Part shown: positions 18,844 to 28,466 of the stretch, piece after piece
Position numbering within the stretch: the first letter of the stretch is position 1
How the letters are laid out: the number at the start of each line of letters is the position of its first letter
Source: a virus
DNA length: 64,000 bases
Strand: one strand, 5' to 3'
Virus record (IMG/VR): IMGVR_UViG_3300046817_000369
The notes under the pieces: generated by a model
What the model saw: the letters and a program-made list of their open reading frames with translations, nothing else
What the model was told of the DNA's origin: nothing
Database searches by the model: none
Made by a program: the position numbers and the translations under genes

Positions 18844-20603
18844 TGGCTGAGAAGGAACTGTCTTACGAAGATGCCGTCGCTCGCGGGCCACAACAAGGCG
18901 AAGTGTCCTATGAGGACGCGGTGAAAGGTGGCTCAGCGGAGACACCGCCCGCCAAACCCATGTCTACCTTGGGCCGGTTCGCCACGGGCTTCCGCGATCC
19001 GATCACGGGCGTCGAGCAGATCGCCGAGCATATCCGGGGCAAGGGCAAGGAAGCCGACGAATACGTGCGCGACCGTGAGAAGCGGATCGCGGCCTCGACG
19101 CCGAACATCGCGCAAAGCAAGACCGTGCTGGATGATTTGGGGCGTGCTTCGCATACGCGAGAAGAGCCGCCGGGAGATAGTTCGCCCGATCCGGTGCGTG
19201 GCCTGGGAGAAATGGCGAATCCGTTGACCTGGGCCGGGAGTTGGTTGCGACCTGGATTGCGGACGGCGGTGGAACTGGGTGTCAGGCAGGGAGTGTTGTC
19301 ACCGACCACGGATGAGGATTTCGCCTCGGGCAAGACCAAACAGGTCGTTGGTGGTGCCGTGACAGGCGCGGCGACACAAGGCGCGGGACGAGTGTTGGGC
19401 GGTGCCATCCGGCCGGAAGTGCGTCCTGGCGTTCGCGCCTTGATGGACGAAGGCGTGCAACTCACGCCCGGTCAGATGGCCGGCGGGAACATGCGCGACA
19501 ATATGATGGGGAACATCGTCAAGCGGGCTGAGGAAGCGGCGAAAAGCATCCCCATTGTCGGATCGTTCATCCGCGCCTCGGAACGCCGTACGCTGGACAC
19601 CTTCAATCGCGCCACCGCCAATCAGGCCCTCGCTCCCATTGGTGTGAGGGTGCCCGAGACCTCCACGGGGCATATGATCATCGGCGATGGGCAACTGGCT
19701 TTGAGCGACGCTTACGATGCCGTGTTGCAAAGAATACACTTCGACATGAACCGCGATCCGCAGTTCGGTCCCGATGTTCAGAGTCTGTTCAATCTGACTC
19801 GTGGGTTGCCAGAAGCGCAACGCGGGCAGTTCGATTTCATTCTCAGGCAGCGCCTGGCGGGTCGATTGAGTCCGACCGGGACAATGAGCGGTGATACACT
19901 GAAGGGCGTGGAAAGCGAACTCGGGAACTTTGCTTCAAATTACCGCCATTCGTCTGACGCGGCGCAACGTCAGTTGGGGGAGGCGGTATCGGAGTTGCAG
20001 GCCATCGTTCGGGATTCACTCGCGCGCCAGCATCCGAACGAGGCGCAACGGTTGCAGGACATCAACACGGCCTATGCCATGTTCGCGCGGATTGAGGGCG
20101 CGGCGGCGCGGCGAGCGAGTTCCACGGGCGTTTTTACCCCAGGTGATTTGCTGGGCGCCATCAAAGCGCAGGACCGGACCGTTCGGAAACGCGGCTTCGC
20201 GCGTGGTGACGCGCTACTTCAGAACTGGGCGGAAACCGGCAACGACGTGATTGGCAATAAGCTACCGGACAGCGGCTCTCCGGAGCGGTTGTTATGGGAT
20301 GTCGGCAAGGGCGCTCTTGTTGGCGGCGGTGCGCATGTCGCGGGCGCCGGGCTTCCGGTTCTCGGCGCGATGGGTGTCGGTTCCACCATTTACAGCGAGC
20401 CGGCGCAACGCGCGCTGAACTGGGCCGTAAGGAATCGCTCGCCCTGGCGTGATACCGCCAAGGCGGCGATCAACCGCAATGCGGCCTATGCCGCGCCGCC
20501 TGTCGCCGCCGGAACATTGGCTGAACTCGGCGTGGGGCAAAATGACGAGCAAAGCCTGAGTGAGACCGCGCGATCTTTGCTGTCTTCCATGGGTTTGCAG
20601 TAA
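18843..20603 (+). CDS. Internal virion/ejection protein
   Basis: 586 aa helical protein with hydrophobic Gly-rich segments; third gene of the ejection trio. Confidence 0.55.
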   Translation: MAEKELSYEDAVARGPQQGEVSYEDAVKGGSAETPPAKPMSTLGRFATGFRDPITGVEQIAEHIRGKGKEADEYVRDREKRIAASTPNIAQSKTVLDDLGRASHTREEPPGDSSPDPVRGLGEMANPLTWAGSWLRPGLRTAVELGVRQGVLSPTTDEDFASGKTKQVVGGAVTGAATQGAGRVLGGAIRPEVRPGVRALMDEGVQLTPGQMAGGNMRDNMMGNIVKRAEEAAKSIPIVGSFIRASERRTLDTFNRATANQALAPIGVRVPETSTGHMIIGDGQLALSDAYDAVLQRIHFDMNRDPQFGPDVQSLFNLTRGLPEAQRGQFDFILRQRLAGRLSPTGTMSGDTLKGVESELGNFASNYRHSSDAAQRQLGEAVSELQAIVRDSLARQHPNEAQRLQDINTAYAMFARIEGAAARRASSTGVFTPGDLLGAIKAQDRTVRKRGFARGDALLQNWAETGNDVIGNKLPDSGSPERLLWDVGKGALVGGGAHVAGAGLPVLGAMGVGSTIYSEPAQRALNWAVRNRSPWRDTAKAAINRNAAYAAPPVAAGTLAELGVGQNDEQSLSETARSLLSSMGLQ

Positions 20604-20614
20604 CGGATCATGCC

Positions 20615-20851
20615 ATGAGCCAGCCCCCCGCCATCGAGACCAAGTTGACCCGCCTCGCCGAACAACTGCTGGACGACGCGATCACCGGCCAGGAAAGCGT
20701 GGACGCGGTGGACGTGTTCAAGGCGGTCAGCACCTGGCAACTCGCGATGAAGAAGGCCGCCGGGAAGGATGCACCTGACCCATCCGGCTCGTTCGCCGCC
20801 ATCCGCTCCGCGCTCACGCAGAAACCCGCCAACAAGGAAGAACTGCAATGA
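20615..20851 (+). CDS. Hypothetical protein
   Basis: 78 aa; coupled to downstream ORF. Confidence 0.55.
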   Translation: MSQPPAIETKLTRLAEQLLDDAITGQESVDAVDVFKAVSTWQLAMKKAAGKDAPDPSGSFAAIRSALTQKPANKEELQ

Positions 20852-20979
20852 AGAAGCCCATGCCGCCGCCCCCGAAGTCAGGCACGCGCTACGCCGCCGC
20901 CTCGCCGTCCCTGCCACGCAACGCCAAGGTCGAGGAACAGCACACCCGCAAGCCGCCGCTGAAGCACAAGGGCAAATGA
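20848..20979 (+). CDS. Basic Pro/Lys-rich 43 aa protein
   Basis: MKKPMPPPPKSG...KPPLKHKGK; ATGA overlaps at both ends. Confidence 0.5.
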   Translation: MKKPMPPPPKSGTRYAAASPSLPRNAKVEEQHTRKPPLKHKGK

Positions 20980-22943
20980 TGATCCGTCTGCTGATCGCGC
21001 TGTTGCTGCTGTCCGGCGCCGCATGGGGCCAACCCGTGCAGCAATCCAAGACCGTCACGCCGGGCCATGTTTCGACATGGACAACCACGGGCGTCATTCA
21101 GGATGGTGGCACGCCAGATGATCCCAAGGTGACAGGCGGCATTGGCGCGGTCAGCACGAACATGCGCTCCATCTGCACCCAGAACCGCACCAGCGGCGCG
21201 GTGTCGCAGATGTGTCTTGGCGTCACACCGGACGCGGGGATTCTGTCCCTGGAAAATCTGAGCGGTCCTGGCCTACCGCTACAATTCGACATCAACGGCG
21301 TACGCTATACGTTTCCGTTTCCCGCCGCGCCGATCAACGTGCCGTGGCTGGCCGCGACCTCGTTCGGCGTGGTGGCGGATGGTGTGACCTCGGACGATGT
21401 GGCGATGAAGAACGCTTTCGCCGCGTGTGCCGCTGGTGGGTATCAGTTGTTGTTGCCGCGGGGCCGTATTCTGATGACGGGTGCGGCGGGACCGATTACT
21501 CTTCAGAACTGTCATGTTGAAGGTACTGGGGTTGTCGCGGGTGAAACGGCCGTGGCTACCCAGGGAACCATGCTATTGCTGACCAGCACCACGGTCAAAC
21601 CATTCATTGCTGGGTCTAACTGGGCATGGTCGGGAACCAACTTCTTCTGGCCGAACCAAACCACGGGATCGGTGGTTTATCCGCCGCTGTTTAACATCCA
21701 AGCGGGATCGGGTGGCTGCAAGTGGAGGTTCTTCCACAACGTAGTCGTCAACGCTTACGATTTCCTGGATGACACACCTGGGACTGGATATTGTGAGGGT
21801 GAGTGGAATATTCACGACAATATACTTTATGTGATGCACTACGGGATTAGTTCCGCTGGGCAAGGAGACACCATATTCGTTAATAACAATCAGTTTTCCC
21901 CCGGCGCGTGGTTTAACGTGGACCCGGTTAATTCGCCGTCAGCATGGCTCGTTGCACGAGCGAACAACTGGATGTTTCATGTAAAGGGAGGAACCGCGTT
22001 CGCCTGGAACATCATCGCGAAAAGCAATGCGTTTTTCTCATGGCGCGGCGCGTTTCTGCTGGATGCGACAGCTACGGTCGGGATAAGTGATGTCAACATG
22101 ACGACTGATTTCGTGTCCACGTTGATTGACACCAGTTCTGGCGGCACGTGGGCGACGGGTAATACGTTCAGTGTCACTGGGAATTGTCAATATTTTGGGA
22201 CGGGTCATGCGCCGCCATGCTTTAACCTTGGTCTGGGAAGCATCGTCGAGGTCAGGGACAGCGTGTTCGTGGCAGCCGGCTCCGCTTTTGAAACAGCTGG
22301 GTCAAATGTGACATTGCAGAGTTCCAACATAACCGGGATTGGTGCTCAGAATGACGGAACTGAGTATTACGGCGTCCATTATACCGGAGGTTCCGGTGGC
22401 GAGCAAATCATCATTCAGGACAGCACGATCCAGGGGAACCTCTTGTCGAACAAAGCGCATGTTCATGGGATAACGACTGATGTCGCGCCTTCTCGCTTGG
22501 TCATCCAGAATAACCGAATGAATTTTTTGAACGAAGTCATCGACATTCAGACAGCGGCTACCACCATCATCACGGGGAACTGGGCGGTAGGCACGAATGG
22601 CGCGTCTTCGGTTCTGATCAGCGGAACAGGTGGTGTGCAGTACGCTAACAATGACTTTGACAAGGGGCCGAACGCTACTTTAGCTAATTGCGGTGGAGCA
22701 ACCGTGGCGCAAGGGGCGTTCTCGGGGTTCTTTACGGTCGGGCCGACTAATCCGACCACCACATGTGACATGACGTTCCCGTTTAACTTACTCGGTGCTG
22801 GTGGTGGCGCTTGTCAATTTGGGCCAAGTTCGAATACCAATTTATGGGCCAATGTAAGTGGCGCTCCGGCAACGTGGGCGATCCGATCCAGCGCCGATAT
22901 TCATTCTCAAAACGTGTTCTTCAATTGTAGGGCGGCGCAATGA
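20976..22943 (+). CDS. Tailspike-like beta-helix protein (pectate-lyase-3-like) with signal peptide
   Basis: True start ATG 20976: MMIRLLIALLLLSGAAWG|Q. FGVVADGVTSDDVAMKNAFAAC motif; 12 Cys. Confidence 0.75.
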   Translation: MMIRLLIALLLLSGAAWGQPVQQSKTVTPGHVSTWTTTGVIQDGGTPDDPKVTGGIGAVSTNMRSICTQNRTSGAVSQMCLGVTPDAGILSLENLSGPGLPLQFDINGVRYTFPFPAAPINVPWLAATSFGVVADGVTSDDVAMKNAFAACAAGGYQLLLPRGRILMTGAAGPITLQNCHVEGTGVVAGETAVATQGTMLLLTSTTVKPFIAGSNWAWSGTNFFWPNQTTGSVVYPPLFNIQAGSGGCKWRFFHNVVVNAYDFLDDTPGTGYCEGEWNIHDNILYVMHYGISSAGQGDTIFVNNNQFSPGAWFNVDPVNSPSAWLVARANNWMFHVKGGTAFAWNIIAKSNAFFSWRGAFLLDATATVGISDVNMTTDFVSTLIDTSSGGTWATGNTFSVTGNCQYFGTGHAPPCFNLGLGSIVEVRDSVFVAAGSAFETAGSNVTLQSSNITGIGAQNDGTEYYGVHYTGGSGGEQIIIQDSTIQGNLLSNKAHVHGITTDVAPSRLVIQNNRMNFLNEVIDIQTAATTIITGNWAVGTNGASSVLISGTGGVQYANNDFDKGPNATLANCGGATVAQGAFSGFFTVGPTNPTTTCDMTFPFNLLGAGGGACQFGPSSNTNLWANVSGAPATWAIRSSADIHSQNVFFNCRAAQ

Positions 22944-24883
22944 ACCGCATCCTCGCCACGCTGTTTGGCCTTGTCTTCACGGTCTCCGCGTCGGCGCAGT
23001 CCGTGCGGCAGTCGGGCACGGTCACACGCGGTCACATTCCCATGTGGGTGACGGACGGGGTGATCCAGGACGGCGGCACACCATCCACGCCGCTGATCAC
23101 CGGCGGCCTTGGGGTAGCGAACTCCAATCAACGCTCCATCTGCACACAGGACAGTCCCACGGGGGCGGTCTCACAGATTTGCCTTGGCTCGACACCGACT
23201 GGCACGTTCCTCACGTCCACCAGCCCATTCACCATTCAGGTTGATGGCGCCAATTTCCCCTTTCCAGCGGCTTTGCTACCGTTTCCATTCCTCGACGCGC
23301 GTACCTTTGGCGTGAAGGCCGATGGCGTCACATCCGACGACGTGGCGTTGAAGGCCGCGATCGATGCCTGTTCCGTCGCCGGCACGGCGCTCTACCTTCC
23401 GGCGGGCCTGATCCGGTTGACCGGGGCGGGGTCCACCACCAGCACGATCCAGAACTGCCACGTCATGGGCGCGGTGGGGTCGGCCGGCGGATCGAACGCC
23501 AACGCGCCAAGCATGGGCACGACGTTCCAGATCGAAAGCACCACCGTCAAGCCGTTCACATGCGGCTCCAGTTGGGCCGTGTCCTACGTGAACTTCTGGT
23601 ATCCCAATCAGACGGACGGCGTGACGGTCTATCCGCCGACGATCTCCGACAACGGGGCGACGCAGTGCCATCACGCGATGATGGATCATTTCACCGTGGT
23701 CAATGCCTATGAGTTTGTTGTCGAGACACCGAACCTGTCATGGGAAGCGTTCCAGTTCTCCGACTTCAACTGCTACGCCGTGAAGACCTGCTTCAGCCTG
23801 TCCAAGACCGGCGACAGCTTCAACTTCATCAATGCCCGCTTCACGCCGACGCCGTGGTTCGACATCTGCAACTCGACGGTGCCGTGCTTCGCCGCGATTT
23901 CCGCCGCCGCGCATGTCAACGCGATCTACCGCGCCACCGCGCAGGTCGGCCCAGGCGTCACGATCAACGTCGGATCGACGGAGGCGTTCGCGTGGCGGTA
24001 TGGGTTCAAGGTGGAAACCAACGGCCTGATCGAAGGATCGATCATGGACATCAACTGGGATAGCGTCGGAACGCTGATCGACGCGACAGCCAGTGGGGCG
24101 ACGTGGGGTATCAACAACGTGCTACGCGGTTTCACGCCGCAGTGCGGTATCCAGAACCTGGGCAGCGCGGCTGACGTGAGTAACTGTTTTCAGATGGGTC
24201 CGATATCCAGTCTGGTGCTGGATCACTTCAGTGGTGCCGCGTCCGGTGACTGGTTTCAGTCATCTGGCTCATCGCTCTACATGACCGGTGGCGTTCTGGG
24301 AGGCATTGGTCTGGGTGAAGCTGGCGTCGATCATTATTTCGTGAATGTGTCCGCCGGAAACGCCGTCGTTCATATCCGCGATGTCGAGATCGGATACGCG
24401 CAGTCGCTGAACGTCCACAGACACGCCATCAAGACCGATAATATCCAGGACTTCGTGCTTCAGAACAGTTCTTTCCGTGGGTTCAACGAAGTCGTGGCCG
24501 GGCCGTATCCGTCGCAGCAAGGTATTATCGCGGGGAACACGGGCGTTGGCATCGGCGCGCCAGCGGTAGCTCTGACCGGCGCCGGTTCGGTCCGATATCA
24601 ACTCAATCAGTGGGACAATCCGCCCTTGGCCCAAGTCAGCGCGTGCGGTGCGGGCGCGGTTATCAACGGCACGATCAACGGTGGAATTAACGTCGGTACG
24701 GCGGCGGGAACGACATGCACCGTGACCACGCCGATTGTCATGCCACTCATGAATTGCAGCTTTGGACTTGCTCTCGCGTTGCCGTTCTCTACCATCCAGT
24801 TGGGTGCTGGTGTTTGGAAGCTGACCGCGACGGGTGACATCAGCGGCACGCAAATCACATATCGATGTGGAGGCGATTCATAA
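22940..24883 (+). CDS. Second tailspike-like beta-helix protein with signal peptide
   Basis: MNRILATLFGLVFTVSASA|Q; FGVKADGVTSDDVALKAAIDAC; 16 Cys; paralogue of the upstream gene. Confidence 0.75.
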   Translation: MNRILATLFGLVFTVSASAQSVRQSGTVTRGHIPMWVTDGVIQDGGTPSTPLITGGLGVANSNQRSICTQDSPTGAVSQICLGSTPTGTFLTSTSPFTIQVDGANFPFPAALLPFPFLDARTFGVKADGVTSDDVALKAAIDACSVAGTALYLPAGLIRLTGAGSTTSTIQNCHVMGAVGSAGGSNANAPSMGTTFQIESTTVKPFTCGSSWAVSYVNFWYPNQTDGVTVYPPTISDNGATQCHHAMMDHFTVVNAYEFVVETPNLSWEAFQFSDFNCYAVKTCFSLSKTGDSFNFINARFTPTPWFDICNSTVPCFAAISAAAHVNAIYRATAQVGPGVTINVGSTEAFAWRYGFKVETNGLIEGSIMDINWDSVGTLIDATASGATWGINNVLRGFTPQCGIQNLGSAADVSNCFQMGPISSLVLDHFSGAASGDWFQSSGSSLYMTGGVLGGIGLGEAGVDHYFVNVSAGNAVVHIRDVEIGYAQSLNVHRHAIKTDNIQDFVLQNSSFRGFNEVVAGPYPSQQGIIAGNTGVGIGAPAVALTGAGSVRYQLNQWDNPPLAQVSACGAGAVINGTINGGINVGTAAGTTCTVTTPIVMPLMNCSFGLALALPFSTIQLGAGVWKLTATGDISGTQITYRCGGDS

Positions 24884-25167
24884 TGTCAGGCAACGCACGT
24901 CCGGTCTTCACACCAGTCGATAACGATCCCCCCGCCTCCAACGCCGCGGCGGCGGTCGGCACGCGAATGATCCTCGCGGGGCTGCACGCGCTCTCGCAGC
25001 GGGCGCTGACCGCCATCTCAGACCTGTTCAGCCTGATCCTGGTGGGCGCCGTGTGGCTGCTCGCGGACCGAGTGCTGGACAATCCCTCGCAGCTTCAGAT
25101 CGGCACGGTGTTCCTGTTCGCCGCCTTTTGCGTGCTGATCGACGTGATCCGGAGACGATCCAAATGA
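24883..25167 (+). CDS. Two-TM membrane protein
   Basis: DLFSLILVGAVWLLA and IGTVFLFAAFCVLIDVI followed by a basic RRRSK tail. Confidence 0.6.
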   Translation: MSGNARPVFTPVDNDPPASNAAAAVGTRMILAGLHALSQRALTAISDLFSLILVGAVWLLADRVLDNPSQLQIGTVFLFAAFCVLIDVIRRRSK

Positions 25168-26927
25168 GACTGATCCTCGCGTTACTTTTTCTGTTGGTGA
25201 CGAACCATGTGCTGGCGCAATCCAGTAACGCCGTCTTGCAGCAATATGATCATGACAAGTCATCGCAGGGACCGGATTACGCAAATCGGCAACTGGCCAA
25301 CACCGTTGGACAACTGAACTCGAACAATACGTTCGTATCTTCCGTCAACCGCGCGCCGACACCGAACGATGACACCGCGCACGGCCATCTGACGACTGAT
25401 CTCTGGCTCAATCCCTTGGATGGTCAGGTGTACAACATGGCGGATGGAACCGCTGGCCTGGCAAGTTGGGTGAAAATGATCGTTCCCGTCACACCGGGTG
25501 ATGCTGGCGGCACACCATTGGTGAGTTATGGGGTTTGTCGGGTTGTTGGCGCTTATGTAGGGAATTTGTTTACCGTTACCAGAACGAGCGACTCAACCAC
25601 GCAAGCGGCACCGCAGAGCACGAATGGTTGCGCTGATCCCGCTCCGCTGGATACGTTCTGCGCGAATACGGTTTGCTTCATCTCGACACTGAACGATCAG
25701 AGCGGCAATGCCTTTGATTGCGTGGGCACGGCGGCCAATGGCCCTCAGTGGATGCCGAACATTGTCATCAACGGACAGCGCGCGATACGCTTCCCTTCCG
25801 TTCCTCATACCATTGGTTCACTGACGACCGTCGCCAAACTTTGCACGGCGGAGGGCGTCACGAGTTGGAGCACGAGTTCTTATTCGATCGTATTCGCGGG
25901 GCGAGTGTCACTTTCGGCCGGCCCCGCGTCGCTATTTACTGATAGCCCCGCGTCCGCTGGTTTCAGTACCGCCGGAAATAACCATGTCGCCGCGATCTTT
26001 GGTAGTGGCGGCATCGCGCCACAACTCGCGATACCTGTCACACCCATTACCCTTGGGTTCACCACGATAGGAGGTGTCGGCGGCGCGAAACTTTGGGTAG
26101 GCAACGATTTCGCGGTCGCGAATACAGTGGCTCTGGGAACAAAAACTGGACTTATCCTCGGAACAGCGTCCACTCAATATCAGAGGATGGATCTTCTGTC
26201 ATTCACACTCTATGCTACACCCCTGACTGACGCGCAAATGCTGAACGTAAGAACATCAGTGGCGGGTCAGTGGAAAATCCCGCCACAGTGTTGTGATTTC
26301 ATCGTATCGGTACATGGCGACAGTCTCAATACCGGAGATGGCTCCGTTACTCAGGTTGGGTATCCGAACCGAGCCATCGAATTACAAAACACTCCTGTTA
26401 AAATGTATAATTTTAGCACATTTGGTAATAATCTTGTAGGAAATGGTGGAATCCTGGCGCTCGCCACAACCGACATGAACCTTATCTGGCGTTCCAACGC
26501 GCGTCTCATGCTTGAGATTATCGAGGGAGGCGCGAACGATATTCGGGCCGGGATTCTGACATCCACGCTGATTGACGGAATACGCGCATGGAATCCGACG
26601 TTTAAGCTAAATCGTCCCAACCTGAAAGTCATGTACGCCACGACACCTTTGCAGTCTAATACGTTGGCCAATCTTGGTTGGTTGGACCAGGCGCATAGCT
26701 TCAATGACATCATCGCCAGGAATTTTAATATATTGATCAATAGTGGCGGTCTTGGTGGCGATTTCCTGATGAATTTGTGGGCTAATCCGTTGGTCGGCCA
26801 GGGCAACTACACCACAAGTGCGTTCAACAGCCTGACATGCTCACTGGATGGTGGTCATATGACCGATTTGTGCCAGGGGCAACTCTCTGGAACAGCGGCG
26901 GGCGCGATCATGGGGGCACTCCAATGA
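25164..26927 (+). CDS. Signal-peptide protein with ConA/LamG-like lectin domain and C-terminal SGNH esterase
   Basis: MRLILALLFLLVTNHVLA|Q. SGNH blocks HGDSLNTG, GGANDI and DGGH. Central STLNDQSGNAF resembles arabinofuranosidase-B/LamG-like domains. Confidence 0.7.
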   Translation: MRLILALLFLLVTNHVLAQSSNAVLQQYDHDKSSQGPDYANRQLANTVGQLNSNNTFVSSVNRAPTPNDDTAHGHLTTDLWLNPLDGQVYNMADGTAGLASWVKMIVPVTPGDAGGTPLVSYGVCRVVGAYVGNLFTVTRTSDSTTQAAPQSTNGCADPAPLDTFCANTVCFISTLNDQSGNAFDCVGTAANGPQWMPNIVINGQRAIRFPSVPHTIGSLTTVAKLCTAEGVTSWSTSSYSIVFAGRVSLSAGPASLFTDSPASAGFSTAGNNHVAAIFGSGGIAPQLAIPVTPITLGFTTIGGVGGAKLWVGNDFAVANTVALGTKTGLILGTASTQYQRMDLLSFTLYATPLTDAQMLNVRTSVAGQWKIPPQCCDFIVSVHGDSLNTGDGSVTQVGYPNRAIELQNTPVKMYNFSTFGNNLVGNGGILALATTDMNLIWRSNARLMLEIIEGGANDIRAGILTSTLIDGIRAWNPTFKLNRPNLKVMYATTPLQSNTLANLGWLDQAHSFNDIIARNFNILINSGGLGGDFLMNLWANPLVGQGNYTTSAFNSLTCSLDGGHMTDLCQGQLSGTAAGAIMGALQ

Positions 26928-27847
26928 AACACTGGCTTCTCGCGCTCGGGTTGCTCTTGCCGGCCTCGGCGCTGGCCGCTGAATCGGACACCTATTGGCT
27001 CGGTGGCACGAGCAGCACGGGCGTTCCGATCTTCATTCCGGTCTCGCCCACCAATCCCATGCCCGTGACCGGAACGGGGTCGGGCACGCCGATCACCATC
27101 CAAGGCTCCGCCGTTATCAGCGCCGGCAACTCGACCACCACGCCGCTCGCGGGAGGCGCCACCTTCACCGGCACGGCGGTGGATATCAGCACGTTCAGTC
27201 AGGTCCAGGTTTACGTTAAATCGGATCAGGCCTCGGCGGTGGGCGGTGTGCAACTGGAGTTTAGCCCGGACGGGACTACCTGGGGCGATACGTCTGTTTA
27301 CGATTTCACGCCCGGCAGCACGACGAACGCAGATCAGTCCTACAACGTGGGATCGCGCGCCAAGTTCTTCCGGTTCGTCTACACCAACGGCGCCACGCCG
27401 CAGGGATCGGTGCTGATATCGACGCTGTTGCGCGGTCAGAACGCCTTGGGTGATTTCGTGGATATGTCGGTGCCGCCATCGCAGTTCGGCCACGGCCCGG
27501 TCACGTCGTCCGTCATCAGCGGCACGGGCGGCAAGGGGCCGGTCTTGCTCCATTCCAGCGCGACGGGGCGGCTTGATGGGGTGATTACCTGGATCGCGCC
27601 GACCTTTGGTTCGGTGACGGTGAGCGGGGTCGTCGTCGCGGCGGGGCCGACTGTTTCCATTATCACCAACACGACGGGCGGGGCGCGGCTTACCCTGAAC
27701 GTCTTCGGTGGCGCGGCGGTCGATAACGTCGGCATTCCGCTTCAACCCGGTGACCGGGCGACGATCCAAGGTCAACCGTCCGGCACGGCGATCAACGGCA
27801 TTTGCAGTTCCGGGACATGCACCTTCACCGCGCAGTCGGGGAGTTAG
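26924..27847 (+). CDS. Signal-peptide beta-sandwich protein
   Basis: ATG 26924: MKHWLLALGLLLPASALA|A. STTTPLAGGATFTG and VQLEFSPDGTTW are jelly-roll-like. Confidence 0.65.
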   Translation: MKHWLLALGLLLPASALAAESDTYWLGGTSSTGVPIFIPVSPTNPMPVTGTGSGTPITIQGSAVISAGNSTTTPLAGGATFTGTAVDISTFSQVQVYVKSDQASAVGGVQLEFSPDGTTWGDTSVYDFTPGSTTNADQSYNVGSRAKFFRFVYTNGATPQGSVLISTLLRGQNALGDFVDMSVPPSQFGHGPVTSSVISGTGGKGPVLLHSSATGRLDGVITWIAPTFGSVTVSGVVVAAGPTVSIITNTTGGARLTLNVFGGAAVDNVGIPLQPGDRATIQGQPSGTAINGICSSGTCTFTAQSGS

Positions 27848-27851
27848 GCAC

Positions 27852-28466
27852 ATGCTGAAACGCCTGATTCTCGCTTCGGCTCTGGTATTTCCCTCGGTCG
27901 TGCTGGCGCAATCGGCCGTCATGATCACGCCCGGACCGAATCCGGGCGCCAGCAAGCATCTCGTATCGTCGGTTCTCACCAAAATCGCGGGCGCGGGCAC
28001 CTACACCGGCGCGACATCGGCGGCACCGGAGGCGGTATGTCTGTTCGCCTCCGTCACCGCTTGCGCTCCCATGACCATGACGGCCTCGCTGAACCCGCTT
28101 GTCACCGGGAACATCACCGGCATATCCCTGACCAAATCAACCACGGGCGCGACGGCGGCTACGTTCCGCGTGCATGTGTTCCAGGCCGCGCCAACCTTGA
28201 CGGGCATCTTCAACACGACCGTCTACTTGACGCCGATCGCGGACCTCGCGAGCGCCGCCTATCTGGGTTCGTGGGAGTGCGCCACGCAGATCGTCAACAG
28301 TGACAACAGCTATTACGAGTGTTCGCCCAATCGTCCGGCGGGTAACCTCGCGTTCAATCTGACGGATGGAACGCTGCGGTTCGTTCTGGTGGCGACGGGG
28401 GCTTATGTGTCCGGGTCTTCTGAGACGTTCCAGGTGTCGGCTGATATCCTGACGAGCGTTCCGTGA
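27852..28466 (+). CDS. Signal-peptide protein
   Basis: ATG 27852: MLKRLILASALVFPSVVLA|QSAVMITP. Confidence 0.65.
   Translation: MLKRLILASALVFPSVVLAQSAVMITPGPNPGASKHLVSSVLTKIAGAGTYTGATSAAPEAVCLFASVTACAPMTMTASLNPLVTGNITGISLTKSTTGATAATFRVHVFQAAPTLTGIFNTTVYLTPIADLASAAYLGSWECATQIVNSDNSYYECSPNRPAGNLAFNLTDGTLRFVLVATGAYVSGSSETFQVSADILTSVP

Noticed and set aside
403-20552. Long antisense ORFs such as 12484-14370, 9655-11175 and 15178-16332
   Set aside because: Shadow frames of GC-rich structural genes, with low-complexity translations and no RBS coupling.
20769-20975. ORF-track start for the first spike (724 aa)
   Set aside because: It overlaps two real upstream ORFs. The ATGATG at 20976 coupled to the previous stop is the better start and exposes the signal peptide. 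The same correction applies to track starts 1007, 25053, 26837 and 27708.
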